The notes: generated by a model from the letters alone, not told the origin. Counted from the first letter of the stretch, positions 39,552 through 52,186 are shown. The stretch: DNA of 64,000 nt from Candidatus Multivoradales bacterium (GCA_965223155.1 CBDCVR010000015.1:987097-1051096); one strand, 5' to 3'. Made by a program: numbers and translations.

Positions 39552-40865
39552 ATGACCAAATCGGGACACATCGCCATCCTGGGCGCCGGGCCGACCGGGC
39601 TCGAGGCGGCGCTCGCCGCCGCCGACGCCGGCTCTTCCTTTACCTTGTACGAGGCCGGGGAGGGCGTCGGCGCCAACATCCGCGACTGGGGTCATGTACG
39701 GCTCTTCTCGCCCTGGGCCTACGACGTCTCACCCCGGGCGCGGGCGGCCCTGACCCGCGCCGGGGTGCCCGTTCCCGAGGCTACCGATCCGTCCTGCCCG
39801 ACCGGCGCCGAGCTCGTCGAGCGAGTGCTGGCGCCCGTCGCCGCCCTGCCGGCCATCGCCGACCGCCTCCAGACCGGAACCCGCGTCCTCGAAGTCGGGC
39901 GCCAGGGTCTGCTCAAGCACGAGGCCATCGCCTCGGCCGCGCGCGCCGAGCGGCCTTTCCGGCTGCTGGTGGAGGATACGACCGGAACCCAGCGCATCGA
40001 CCGGGCCGACGTGGTCCTGGACTGCACCGGCTCCTACGACCGGCCCAACGCCCTGGGCGACGGCGGCATTGCCGCGCCGGGGGAAGACGCTCTCGGGGAC
40101 CGGATCGAGCGACGCATCCCGGATCTCGAGCGCGACACCCGGCTCCGCTGGCTCCGATCGCTCCGATCGCTCCGATCGCTCGGACGGCGCGTCCTGGTCG
40201 TCGGCGCCGGCCACTCGGCGATGACCGCGGTCGTCGCCCTGGCCGAGGCCGCGGCCGCCGCCGCGATCGAGCCGGACGCGCCCCAGTCCGAGATCCTGTG
40301 GGCGATTCGGGGTGCCGAGCCCGCCTGGCGCATCGACCCGGACGATCCCCTGCCCGAACGCTCGGGCCTGGTCGCCAAGGCGCGAGCGCTCGCCGCGGGC
40401 GGCTCGCCCCACGTCCGCACGCGGTACGGTGTCGTCGTCGACGCCCTGGCCGATGATGGGGACGGCGTCCGGGTCACCCTGCGGGCGACTCACGCCAGCC
40501 CAGCCGCTGGCGGCAACGGATCAGACCCTTCGCCGCAAGACGAGGTCGTGGTCGATCGCATTCTGGCCCTTACCGGCAGCGTCGGCGACCACCGGATCTA
40601 CCGCCAGCTCCAGGTCCACGAGTGCTACGCCACGTCGGGACCCATGAAGCTCGCCGCCGCGCTCCTGGCCGAGGCCGGAGCCGGTGGTGACGGCGCGGCC
40701 GACTGCCTGGCCCAGGAAAGCCACGGCGTCGAGACCCTGACCAATCCGGAGCCCGGCTTCTTCATCCTGGGCGCCAAGTCCTATGGCCGCAACTCGTCGT
40801 TTCTGATGCGCCTCGGCTGGCAGCAGGTTGACGAGGTCTTCGCGGCCCTCGCCACCGAGAGGTAG
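39552..40865 (+). CDS. FAD/NAD(P)-binding oxidoreductase (flavin monooxygenase-like)
   Basis: AAGGAG RBS. N-terminal IAILGAGPTGLEAA (GxGxxG) and a second VLVVGAGHSAMTA dinucleotide motif. Contains the in-frame LRSLRSLRSL repeat. Confidence 0.7.
   Translation: MTKSGHIAILGAGPTGLEAALAAADAGSSFTLYEAGEGVGANIRDWGHVRLFSPWAYDVSPRARAALTRAGVPVPEATDPSCPTGAELVERVLAPVAALPAIADRLQTGTRVLEVGRQGLLKHEAIASAARAERPFRLLVEDTTGTQRIDRADVVLDCTGSYDRPNALGDGGIAAPGEDALGDRIERRIPDLERDTRLRWLRSLRSLRSLGRRVLVVGAGHSAMTAVVALAEAAAAAAIEPDAPQSEILWAIRGAEPAWRIDPDDPLPERSGLVAKARALAAGGSPHVRTRYGVVVDALADDGDGVRVTLRATHASPAAGGNGSDPSPQDEVVVDRILALTGSVGDHRIYRQLQVHECYATSGPMKLAAALLAEAGAGGDGAADCLAQESHGVETLTNPEPGFFILGAKSYGRNSSFLMRLGWQQVDEVFAALATER
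40141..40183. repeat. 9-bp tandem repeat tract (CCGCTGGCT then CCGATCGCT x3) inside the oxidoreductase gene
   Basis: ggctccgctggctccgatcgctccgatcgctccgatcgctcgg. The first 28 bp are identical to 32411-32438. Confidence 0.85.
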
Positions 40866-40883
40866 CGAGAGGCCGCAATCGGG

Positions 40884-41543
40884 CTAGGTCCGGGAATCGA
40901 GCCAGTCCGGCAGCTCGCCGACCCCGGCAAGGCAAGCTCGCGGAGCATGGCGCTCCAGGGTCGCGATCGCTGTCGCGCCGCTGCCGACGGCGACCGCGTC
41001 CACGCCCGCGTTTGTAGCCATGTCGAGGTCGTGGACCGAATCGCCCACCACCAGGGCGTCACTTGTGCGGACGCCGAGCTCGTCCAGGAGCTCGAGCACC
41101 ATGTGGGGATTGGGTTTGGCCGCGGTCTCGTCCGCGGTTCGGCTGCCACTGAAGAGGTCCCGGACTCCGGTGCGTTCGAAGTCCGTCTCCAGGCCGCGGC
41201 GGCTCTTGGCCGTGGCCACGGCCAGCAGATGCTCCTGTAGCGCCAGCCGCCGCAAGGTCGCCTCCGCATCCGTGAAGAGGCTCGATTGGTGCCCGTAGCT
41301 CGAAAACCAGAGCTCCCGATAGACCGTGACGATCCGTCCAAACGTCTCTTCGTCGCAACCCGGGCAGAAGGCCTCGACGCTCTCCCGGATACCCATGCCG
41401 ATCGCCGCCCGGATCGTGCCCTCATCGACCGGCCCCAGGCCGAGCTCGCGCATCGTTGCCTCGGTACAGCGCACGATCGATGCGATCGAGTCGAGCAGGG
41501 TGCCGTCCCAGTCGAAGACGATGAGGCGATAGGGCCCGGGCAT
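40884..41543 (-). CDS. HAD-superfamily hydrolase (phosphoglycolate phosphatase-like)
   Basis: LIVFDWDGTLLDS (DxDGT motif I) and VVGDSVHDLDMA (motif IV). Its ATG overlaps the upstream stop by 1 nt. Confidence 0.8.
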   Translation of the reverse strand: MPGPYRLIVFDWDGTLLDSIASIVRCTEATMRELGLGPVDEGTIRAAIGMGIRESVEAFCPGCDEETFGRIVTVYRELWFSSYGHQSSLFTDAEATLRRLALQEHLLAVATAKSRRGLETDFERTGVRDLFSGSRTADETAAKPNPHMVLELLDELGVRTSDALVVGDSVHDLDMATNAGVDAVAVGSGATAIATLERHAPRACLAGVGELPDWLDSRT

Positions 41544-42649
41544 CAGCTCAGCGGGCTCAGCACGAGATCACCGATGACCGAGGCTTCCGGGTGGGGGACG
41601 ACGTCGGCCCGCACCTTGGTCACCAGCCGCTCTTCGATCACGGCGCCGGCGGGCACGCTGGCGCCGAAGCCCACAATCGACCTGCGAATCACCGAGCCCT
41701 CACCGATTCTGGCGTCGGGCAGGACGAGCGCTCGCGACAAGCGGGCGCCGCCGCCGACCTGGGCTCCGGACTCCAGCACCGAGCGTCGCACCGCCGCGTC
41801 CTCGGCGACCTCGGCGCTGTCGGAGCGCCAGCCGCGGCGGCCTCGCCGGCCGAGCCTGCGCCGACCGCTCCAGGCGATCACCGCTTCCAGATACCGCCTC
41901 GGGGTTCCCAGATCGAACCACGCGGCCGAGGTCTCGACGACGTCCAGTCGCCGGCCCGCCGTAAGCGCCGGACGGTAGAGCTCGCGCACGAAATCGGCCG
42001 GCTCCGGCTGGACCGCGGCCACCAGCTCGGGCTCGAAGACATGGGCTCCGGCAAAGACCCGCCAGTTCTCGGCCTCCGGTTCGGGACGGGCTTCGTCGGC
42101 GGCCCGGTTGAAGGACACCAGCCGGCCGGCCTTGCCGGTCTTGCCTGGCATCAGGGACTTCGAAACTCCGATACCTCCCCCAAAATCCTCGGGCCGTGCC
42201 CTGCTCGAGACCAGAAGGCTCGCCGATGGCGGCTCGATGCCGCTTGCTCGAGCCGCGGCTCCGGCCTTGCGGTGGTGGTCCAGGAGGGCTTCGAACGGCC
42301 ACCGCGCCAGGCTGTCGCCGTTGACCACCAGGACCAGCTCGGCCTCCTCCAGAAACTCGCGAAGCGGCGCCATCGCTCCCAGGGTGCCCAGGATCTCGGT
42401 CTCCCGCGAGTAGACGATCGGCGTGCCCTCGTAGTCGGAGCCGTAGCGGGCCGCCAGGCGATCTCCCAGATGGTGCAAATTGATCGCCACCGCTTCGCAG
42501 CCGGCGGCGGCCAGCTGTGCCAGCGTGCGCCCCACGAGCGGTGTCCCGGCGACCGGCAAGAGCGCCTTGGGCACCGCCAGAGTGAGCGGGCGAAGCCGGG
42601 TTCCGAAGCCGGCTGCGAGGATCACCGCCCGCCAGCGCACAGCGCTCAA
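41543..42649 (-). CDS. Sugar-phosphate nucleotidyltransferase with a C-terminal left-handed beta-helix domain
   Basis: ILAAGFGTRLRPLT (G-x-G-T-R motif) and C-terminal hexapeptide repeats. Start overlaps the CYTH stop by 4 nt. Confidence 0.75.
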   Translation of the reverse strand: MSAVRWRAVILAAGFGTRLRPLTLAVPKALLPVAGTPLVGRTLAQLAAAGCEAVAINLHHLGDRLAARYGSDYEGTPIVYSRETEILGTLGAMAPLREFLEEAELVLVVNGDSLARWPFEALLDHHRKAGAAARASGIEPPSASLLVSSRARPEDFGGGIGVSKSLMPGKTGKAGRLVSFNRAADEARPEPEAENWRVFAGAHVFEPELVAAVQPEPADFVRELYRPALTAGRRLDVVETSAAWFDLGTPRRYLEAVIAWSGRRRLGRRGRRGWRSDSAEVAEDAAVRRSVLESGAQVGGGARLSRALVLPDARIGEGSVIRRSIVGFGASVPAGAVIEERLVTKVRADVVPHPEASVIGDLVLSPLS

Positions 42650-43206
42650 TCAAACACCATGTCTGCGGGACTGTCGGGATGGCTTCGGCGATGCTCCTGG
42701 TAGAGCTCGAGGTAGTTGTGCTCTTCGGCGGTCTCGAGCTCGAGCCCGAGCCGCCGGGCCACGGTTTCCCCGCCCACACCCTCGAACTCCACGAAGTTCC
42801 CGATCGGCGTCCGGTCGAGACAGATCAGAACCGCGCCCAGCCTCCAGGTCTCGCGGTACTTCTCGTACCGCCGCGCGACCCGGAAGCCGAGCGCCTCGAA
42901 CAACTGGAGGGCACGGGCAGGGTCGTCGATGTCGAGCTCCAGCTCCTTGCGGATCTTGACTCCGGCCTCCATCCGGCTGGGCCCCTTGAAGGTCAGCTTG
43001 GCGCCGCCGCCCTCCGAGCGCACGCGGAGGAGGCAGCCCGACCGGAAGAGCTCGTCGCCTCGATCCAGAAGCCAGTTTTCCTCCTTGGCGGAAGGGCTTA
43101 CGCGCTCCGCCTCGGCGTCGATCAAGCGGTCGCGCAGCGCATTGAGGTCGGCGGAGCGAAACTTGAGCTCGCGCTCGATCGAGCTGGAATCCGAATCGTC
43201 GGTCAC
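42646..43206 (-). CDS. CYTH domain protein (triphosphate tunnel metalloenzyme / class IV adenylyl cyclase-like)
   Basis: The GTG at 43206 overlaps the dipeptidase stop as GTGA. IERELKF (the ExExK signature) at the N-terminus; ~187 aa. The listed ORF start at 43626 overlaps the upstream gene. Confidence 0.65.
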   Translation of the reverse strand: MTDDSDSSSIERELKFRSADLNALRDRLIDAEAERVSPSAKEENWLLDRGDELFRSGCLLRVRSEGGGAKLTFKGPSRMEAGVKIRKELELDIDDPARALQLFEALGFRVARRYEKYRETWRLGAVLICLDRTPIGNFVEFEGVGGETVARRLGLELETAEEHNYLELYQEHRRSHPDSPADMVFD

Positions 43207-44597
43207 GGCGCGCCGTCGAGCTCGCCCGCCCTGTCCAGGATCCGAACGGTCGTGCGGATGCCGTTGTAGAAGTGGCTGATGTTGAACTTCTCGTTGGGCG
43301 AGTGCAGGCGGTCGTCGCTCAGGCCGAAGCCGACGAGCAGGATCGGAACCTCCAGAACCTCCGAGAAGGTACCCACGATCGGGATGGAGCCGCCCTCTCG
43401 GACGCGCACCGGCGGCTTGCCCCAGACGTCTTCCTGCGCCCCCATCGTAGCCTCGGCGAGTGCTCCCTTGGTATCGACCAGCACCGGATCGGCGCCGTGG
43501 TGGGCGTTGACCGTGACTCGGACTCCCGCCGGGGCGAGGGTCTCGACATGCGCCTGGAACTTGGCGGCAATGTCCTCGGCCTTCTGGTCGGGTACCAGAC
43601 GCATCGAGACCTTGGCGGCAGCCCACGCCGGCAGCACGGTCTTGGCGCCCTCACCCTGATAGCCACCCCAGATGCCGTTGACGTCGCAGGTCGGGCGGGC
43701 CCAGGCTCGCTCGAGGGTGGTGTAGCCGGCCTCCCCGAAGGTGGTCTCCACTCCCAGCTCGGTGCGGTACTCGTCTTCTGAGAACGGCAGCTCGGCGAAC
43801 GCCTGCCGCTCCCAGTCCTCGAGGTCCAGGACGTCGTCGTAGAACCCGGGAATCTCGATGCGGCCGGTCTCGGAATCGACCAGGCCGGCGATGATGTGGG
43901 CGAGAGCGTTGCCCGGGTTGGCCACCGCTCCGCCGAAGGCGCCGGAGTGAAGGTCCCGGTTGGGTCCATCGACGCGGAGCTCCATGTACTGGAGGCCCTT
44001 CAAACCGTAGAGCAACGACGGCTGCCCGGGTCCGTACATCGAGGAGTCCGAGACCACGACTGCGTCGCAGGCCAGCCGGTCGCCGGCATCCTCACGCACC
44101 CATTTCTCGATCGCCGCGCCGCCGGACTCTTCCTCGCCCTCGAGCAGAAACTTGACGTTGATCGGCAGCTCGCCGCGCTCGGCGAAGATCGCTGCTACCG
44201 CCTTGACGTGGGCGAAGGACTGCCCCTTGTCGTCGGTCGCCCCCCGGGCCACCAGACAGTCTCCCTCCACGGTGGGCTCGAAGGGCGGATTGCGCCATTC
44301 CTCGAGGGGATCAGGCGGCTGGACGTCGTAGTGTCCGTAAAAGAGCAGCGTGGGCTTGCCGGCGGCTCCGGTCCACTCGGCGTAGACCAGTGGATAGCCA
44401 TCGGTTTCAAGGATCTCGGCCGCAAGGCCCGCATCGGTCAGCTTGCCGGAGATGAACTCGGCGCAGCGCGCGACGTCGGCGGCGTAGGCCGGGTCGGTCG
44501 ACACCGAAGGAATCCGAATGTAATCCTTCAGCTCTTCGAGGTATCCCTCTTGTTCGCGCTCGACTCGCGCGAAGACGTCCTGACTGTCGCTCGCCAT
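43203..44597 (-). CDS. M20-family dipeptidase
   Basis: ATG at 44597 (the ORF track begins at the TTG at 44609). HYDVQP, GATDDKG, EGEEESGG metal-binding blocks; 464 aa. Confidence 0.8.
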   Translation of the reverse strand: MASDSQDVFARVEREQEGYLEELKDYIRIPSVSTDPAYAADVARCAEFISGKLTDAGLAAEILETDGYPLVYAEWTGAAGKPTLLFYGHYDVQPPDPLEEWRNPPFEPTVEGDCLVARGATDDKGQSFAHVKAVAAIFAERGELPINVKFLLEGEEESGGAAIEKWVREDAGDRLACDAVVVSDSSMYGPGQPSLLYGLKGLQYMELRVDGPNRDLHSGAFGGAVANPGNALAHIIAGLVDSETGRIEIPGFYDDVLDLEDWERQAFAELPFSEDEYRTELGVETTFGEAGYTTLERAWARPTCDVNGIWGGYQGEGAKTVLPAWAAAKVSMRLVPDQKAEDIAAKFQAHVETLAPAGVRVTVNAHHGADPVLVDTKGALAEATMGAQEDVWGKPPVRVREGGSIPIVGTFSEVLEVPILLVGFGLSDDRLHSPNEKFNISHFYNGIRTTVRILDRAGELDGAP

Positions 44598-44757
44598 CGT
44601 GTTCTCCAACGTTGCCCGGTTTTCCGCCGCGAAGGGTCGGTCAGTGTAGCAAAGCCGGACGCGGTCGGCGCCGCCTCTTGGGGCAGTCTCGCCTCGGCCA
44701 ACTTGCGGCCAGGCCGCGGCTTCCCAAGGGGAAACTAGCGGGGTCGGCCGGGCCGCC

Positions 44758-44776
44758 GGAGCCAGCCGAGCCAGCC
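44758..44776. repeat. Intergenic copy of the GAGCCAGC (reverse-complement GCTGGCTC) repeat, two units
   Basis: ggagccagccgagccagcc, between the CPBP protease and dipeptidase genes. Confidence 0.6.
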
Positions 44777-44813
44777 CCCGAGGCCGTGCTCTCTCGACAA
44801 TGCCCCCGGCTTG

Positions 44814-45509
44814 TCAGGCCCGAGCCCGGCGCGCCAGCGCGGCGATGCGAGACAGACCCACTGCGTTGACGCCGACGTGGGCGAGAACCGGCGCCAGCAG
44901 ATTTCCCCGCCAGGCCATGAGGCCGCCCAGGACCGCACCGGCGACCAGGGCGAAGAGTGTCCACAAGCGGTACTCCCGGCCGGGTCCCACGTGCAAGGCG
45001 GCGAACAGGAGGGTCGCCACCGGCAGGCCCCAGGCGCCTTGTACCGCTCCCCGGAAAAAGAGCTCTTCGGCAAAGCCCGACAGGAGCGCCAGACTCACCA
45101 CCTCGGCCCATTCCAGGGGCCCGACGAGCTCGGCCATCGAACGTTCCAGGCGCCGGGCCGGGGCGTAGAGCCGCGCGGTCAGCCGCCACAGACCCAAGAG
45201 CGCGGCCGCCGCCCCCAGGCCGGCCGCCACGTCCACCGCCCAGGCCTCCGGATCAACGAAAAGAGCCGCTCCGATCCGTCCGTGCCGGGAACCCAGCCAG
45301 ACGATGGCGGCCACCGCCAGCACCAGGTACAGGACCGCTGACCAGGTCAGGAAACCCGTCCCGCCGACTCCTTGTGGTCCGGTCGGCGGCTTCGGAGCTG
45401 GCCCCGTCTCTGGAGCCTCCCGGGTTTCCACCGGCTCCGCCGGCTCGCTCGTGGCGTCCTGCTCCGCGCCTTCCGGAGACGGCGGCTCGGTTCCGGTCTC
45501 GTGACGCAA
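44814..45509 (-). CDS. CPBP-family (CAAX) intramembrane metalloprotease
   Basis: EELFFRG motif and a second His motif (FAALHVGP); multiple TMs. Low-complexity Pro/Glu-rich N-terminus. Confidence 0.75.
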   Translation of the reverse strand: MRHETGTEPPSPEGAEQDATSEPAEPVETREAPETGPAPKPPTGPQGVGGTGFLTWSAVLYLVLAVAAIVWLGSRHGRIGAALFVDPEAWAVDVAAGLGAAAALLGLWRLTARLYAPARRLERSMAELVGPLEWAEVVSLALLSGFAEELFFRGAVQGAWGLPVATLLFAALHVGPGREYRLWTLFALVAGAVLGGLMAWRGNLLAPVLAHVGVNAVGLSRIAALARRARA

Positions 45510-45529
45510 ACCCTGGTGAGAAGGCCTGG

Positions 45530-48121
45530 CTAGTTGACCGGATCTGCCGGCGGGTCGTCCCCGGGTTCGGGCGAAACGTCGTCCGGAACGTCATCCGGAG
45601 CATTTGGCGCCGCTGCAACTGCGACGGCCTCCGGGTCCGCGGCCGATCCGTCGTCTTCCCCGGCACCGTCTTCGGCTCGATCACCGAGCTTGGCCACCGC
45701 CACGACCCGGTCCCCGGAGCCGAGATCCATGAGCTTGACGCCCTGGGTCGAGCGACCGCTCACCCGCACGCCTTCGACCGCGATGCGGATGATCTTGCCC
45801 TCCTGGGTGATCAACATGAGCTCGTCGTCCGGCGTCACCTGCTTGGCGCCGACCACCTGTCCGGTCTTCTCCGAGACCTTGAGGTTGATGATGCCCTTGC
45901 CGCCCCGGCTCTGGATCCGGTACTGATCGACCGGCGTACGCTTGCCGATGCCTCCTTCGGCGAGCGACAGGATCTCGCCGGCCTCCGGATCCAGGGTCTC
46001 CATGGCCACGACCCGGTCCCCCTTGCGCAGCAGAATGCCTCGAACGCCACGGGTGGCCCGGCCCATGGGGCGGGCGTCGGACTCCTGGAACCGGATCGAG
46101 AAGCCCTTGGCGGTAGCCAGCAGCACGGTTTTTGCGCCATCGGTCAGCCGCACGCCCAGCAGCCGATCACCCTTGTCGATGTTGATCGCCCGGATGCCTC
46201 CGGCTCGGGGCCGCGCGTAGGCGGAGAGCTCGGTCTTCTTGACCGTCCCCTTCTCGGTGGCGAAGAACAGGTACTGGCCTTCCGGAAAGTCCCGCACGGC
46301 GAGGGTCGTCGCCACCCGGTCGTCGGCCGACAGCTGCAACAGGTTGACGATGGCCTTGCCGCGGGCGGCCGGACCCATCTCCGGGATCTCGTGCACCTTG
46401 AGCCAGTGCACCTGGCCGGACTCGGTAAAGACGAGGACGTAACTGTGGGCAGTGGCGACGTACAGGTGTTCGACGAAGTCGCCTTCCTTGGTCACCATGC
46501 CGCGGCGGCCCTTGCCGCCCCGGTTCTGCGCCCGGTAGAGCGACAGCGGCGAGCGCTTGACGTAGCCCGAGTTGGTGACCGTGATCACCATCTCTTCGTC
46601 GGCGATCATGTCCTCGACCGTGATCTCGTGGGTCTCGGGAATGATCTCGGTGCGGCGCGCATCGCCGAAAGCCTTCTTGATCTGCTCGAGCTCGTCCCGG
46701 ATGACGTCCAGAACCAGCCGATCGGAGGCCAGAATCGCGCGTAGCCGCTCGATCAGAGCCATCAGCTCCTTGTACTCCTCGACCACCTTCTCGCGCTCGA
46801 GGCCGGTCAGCTTCTGGAGCCGCATCTCCAGGATCGCCTGAGCCTGGGGCGCGGTCAGCGAGAACTCGGCGATCAGGCGCTCCCGGGCTTCGGCCGGCGT
46901 CTGACTGGAGCGGATCGCGGTGATGATCTCGTCGAGCTGATCGAGCGCCTTGAGAATGCCCTCAAGGATGTGGGCGCGCTCTTCAGCCTTGCGTAGATCG
47001 AACCGGGTGCGCCGGATGATGATGGTCTTGCGATGGTCCAGGAAGTGCTTCAGCATCTGGTCCAGCGTCAAGAGCTTGGGCTGGTTGTCGACGATCGCCA
47101 GCAAGATGATGCCGAAGGTCGTCTGCATCTGGGTCAGCTTGTAGAGATGGTTGAGGACGATCTCGGCGATCTGGCCGCGCTTGATGTCGACCACGACCCG
47201 GATGCCCTTGCGATCCGACTCGTCCCGCAGATCGGTGATGCCCTCGATCTTCTTTTGCTGAACCAGTTGGGCGATCCGTTCCAGGAGTCGCGCCTTGTTG
47301 ACCTGATACGGAAGCTCGGTGACGATGATCGACTGCCGATCGCCCTTGCGGCTGGTCTCGATCGCGGCCTTGGCGCGCACCTGGATGGTGCCGCGGCCGG
47401 TCCGGTAGGCGGTCTTGATGCCCTCGATGCCGTGGATGAAGCCGGCGGTGGGAAAATCCGGACCCGGAACGATCGCCATCAGGTCGTCGACGGTCGCCTC
47501 GGGGTGCTCGATCAGGTAGATGAGAGCATCCGCTACCTCGGTCAGGTTGTGCGGCGGCACGTTGGTGGCCATGCCCACGGCGATGCCGGCGGCGCCGTTG
47601 ATGAGCAGATTCGGCATCCGCGCCGGTAGGACCATCGGCTCTTGCAGCGAGCCGTCGTAGTTGAGGCCCCAGTCCACCGTCTCCTTGTCGATGTCGTCGC
47701 GCAACATCTCCTCGGCGAGCTTGGTCAGCCGCACCTCGGTGTAGCGCATTGCCGCCGCGCTATCGCCGTCGACCGAACCGAAGTTGCCCTGGCCGTCGAC
47801 CAGCGGATAGCGCATGGAAAAATCCTGCGCCAGGCGCACCACGGTGTCGTAGATCGCGCTGTCGCCGTGCGGGTGGTACTTCCCCATGACGCTACCGACG
47901 ATGCGCGCCGATTTCTTGTACGGGCGGTTCGAACGGTTGCCGCTCTCCCACATGCCGTAGAGGACGCGCCGGTGCACGGGCTTCAAGCCGTCGCGCACGT
48001 CCGGCAGCGCGCGTCCCACGATCACGCTCATGGCGTAATCGATGTAGCTGCGCTTCATCTCGTCTTCGATGTCGACGACGACGGCGTTGTCGAAGGGCAG
48101 GACTTGGTCGTGTTCGCTCAT
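45530..48121 (-). CDS. gyrA: DNA gyrase subunit A
   Basis: 863 aa; AAMRYTE catalytic Tyr region, QRDR-like region, and a C-terminal beta-pinwheel with an acidic tail. Confidence 0.95.
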   Translation of the reverse strand: MSEHDQVLPFDNAVVVDIEDEMKRSYIDYAMSVIVGRALPDVRDGLKPVHRRVLYGMWESGNRSNRPYKKSARIVGSVMGKYHPHGDSAIYDTVVRLAQDFSMRYPLVDGQGNFGSVDGDSAAAMRYTEVRLTKLAEEMLRDDIDKETVDWGLNYDGSLQEPMVLPARMPNLLINGAAGIAVGMATNVPPHNLTEVADALIYLIEHPEATVDDLMAIVPGPDFPTAGFIHGIEGIKTAYRTGRGTIQVRAKAAIETSRKGDRQSIIVTELPYQVNKARLLERIAQLVQQKKIEGITDLRDESDRKGIRVVVDIKRGQIAEIVLNHLYKLTQMQTTFGIILLAIVDNQPKLLTLDQMLKHFLDHRKTIIIRRTRFDLRKAEERAHILEGILKALDQLDEIITAIRSSQTPAEARERLIAEFSLTAPQAQAILEMRLQKLTGLEREKVVEEYKELMALIERLRAILASDRLVLDVIRDELEQIKKAFGDARRTEIIPETHEITVEDMIADEEMVITVTNSGYVKRSPLSLYRAQNRGGKGRRGMVTKEGDFVEHLYVATAHSYVLVFTESGQVHWLKVHEIPEMGPAARGKAIVNLLQLSADDRVATTLAVRDFPEGQYLFFATEKGTVKKTELSAYARPRAGGIRAINIDKGDRLLGVRLTDGAKTVLLATAKGFSIRFQESDARPMGRATRGVRGILLRKGDRVVAMETLDPEAGEILSLAEGGIGKRTPVDQYRIQSRGGKGIINLKVSEKTGQVVGAKQVTPDDELMLITQEGKIIRIAVEGVRVSGRSTQGVKLMDLGSGDRVVAVAKLGDRAEDGAGEDDGSAADPEAVAVAAAPNAPDDVPDDVSPEPGDDPPADPVN

Positions 48122-48172
48122 GGGGAGTAACTCGCTGGTTGCGTTGCCTGGGTGTCCGACGGACGGGCCTGA

Positions 48173-50623
<2,451 letters not shown>

Positions 50624-50827
50624 CTACCCGGCAACCGGGCCCTTGGCCCGTCGTGTTTCTAGCGATCGGATGTGCCGGGATCGAGTCGCGAGCGGCCCGG
50701 ATCGGGCGGAGCCTCACCGGTTTTCGCGACCGCTTCGAAGTATATCATCCTGGACCCCTGAAGCAAGGATCTAAAGCCTTTACTTTCAGCGACTTAAGGA
50801 CGAATTTTCAGTCCTTGGCGAAAATCT

Positions 50828-52054
50828 TCAAAGAGCCGCCAGAAGGCCACTTTCGAGGCACCAGGAGGCGGTATTTCGGAGTCGCTTCGCGACCTTCCGA
50901 TGAGCCGAGGAGACCAGGACTTGAGGCATCTCGGAAAAGAGACTCCAGGCGATTTCGAGACGCGATCGGTCCAACTCGGCATCGAGGTCGTCGAGCAGAA
51001 CCACGGGCACCCGGCCCGTCGCCGCCAGAACCCGGGCGCGGGCGGCGGTGAGCGCCAGGCCAAAGAGCTTGCGCTCTCCGGCCGAGGCCGCCTTGCCGAT
51101 GTCGGTCTCGACCCAGCGTAGAACCAACCGGTCGAGATGCGGCCCGACCAGAATGCGGCGCCGATCGACCTCCCGCGACCGGGCGCGGGCCAAGGCGTCG
51201 CGCACCTCGTCCGCCGATTCCGGTACCTTCACCGCGGGCGGCTGCTCCGGTCCGGAGTCGTCTTGGCTCCCTTGCGGGCGGCCCGTCTGCAAGTTGGACC
51301 TCAGGTTGGGTCGGTACTCGAGAGCGACCGCCGGCAGCGGCAGCTCGTGGTCCGAGATCACCTGCCGAAGCGCCTGGTCGAGACGGGTGACGTAGTCCTG
51401 GCGAAGCCGGATGAGGGCAAAGCCGGAGATCGCCAGAAGATCGTTCCAGGCCTCGAGAGAGCGAGCACCGTCAGGACCCTTTCGCCCCGAGCCAGCAAAG
51501 CTGTTAGAGCCAGCAGAGCCGGCCAATCCCCTCTTCAGAAGCTCTCGCTTCTCGGCCAGCACTCGCCGGTAGTCGCGCAGGTGCTCGACCGCTAGCGGGT
51601 TCTCTCCCACCACGCCCTGATCCAGGAGCCGGCGCCTGAGCGCCGGATCACCATCCAGAAGGTCCCGGTCCGCGGCCGACCAGGAAAGCGCCGGTAGGAA
51701 CTCCAGATAGCGGGCCACGGAGACGTTCTTGCCGTCGGCCTGCCGTCGCCTCGTGGTTCCGGCGTAGCCGGCGGCAAGCTCCGCCCCGGAGGTTCGGCCA
51801 TGGACCCAGAACTCGCTCGCCCCCCAACGCCGGCAGTCGGACGGGCGCGCCGTCCGGAAGCTCTTGGTCGTGGCCAGAAAGTAGACGGCTTCGAGGACCG
51901 AGGTCTTGCCGGCGCCGTTGTCTCCGACGATGAGCTGCGGGCCAGGCGGAATGGACCAGCGCAGGCTCTCGAAACAGCGGAAGTCGCTGAGCGTCAGACG
52001 CTCCAGGAGGCGAGGGAACTCTTCGGCGTTGTCCGCGCCGCTTCTAACCTGCAC
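50828..52054 (-). CDS. recF: DNA replication and repair protein RecF
   Basis: Walker A GDNGAGKTSVLEA; ABC-signature-like and Walker B in the C-terminal third. Contains an in-frame repeat (AGSAGSNSFAGSG). The N-terminal start is uncertain. Confidence 0.85.
   Translation of the reverse strand: MQVRSGADNAEEFPRLLERLTLSDFRCFESLRWSIPPGPQLIVGDNGAGKTSVLEAVYFLATTKSFRTARPSDCRRWGASEFWVHGRTSGAELAAGYAGTTRRRQADGKNVSVARYLEFLPALSWSAADRDLLDGDPALRRRLLDQGVVGENPLAVEHLRDYRRVLAEKRELLKRGLAGSAGSNSFAGSGRKGPDGARSLEAWNDLLAISGFALIRLRQDYVTRLDQALRQVISDHELPLPAVALEYRPNLRSNLQTGRPQGSQDDSGPEQPPAVKVPESADEVRDALARARSREVDRRRILVGPHLDRLVLRWVETDIGKAASAGERKLFGLALTAARARVLAATGRVPVVLLDDLDAELDRSRLEIAWSLFSEMPQVLVSSAHRKVAKRLRNTASWCLESGLLAAL
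51489..51526. repeat. GAGCCAGC-type 9-bp repeat tract (reverse orientation) inside recF
   Basis: gagccagcaaagctgttagagccagcagagccggccaa. Confidence 0.75.
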
Positions 52055-52186
52055 GTCTCAATGTCTCGATATAGCAGTGTCGCAGTGTCTCAGCAGGGGC
52101 TTGGTTCGAGAAGCTACAAGTGCTTGGAGAGACACGGCTTGCGACCGAGGCGACGCAAGGCTAGCAGTCGGCGGGAGAGGTCCCGG

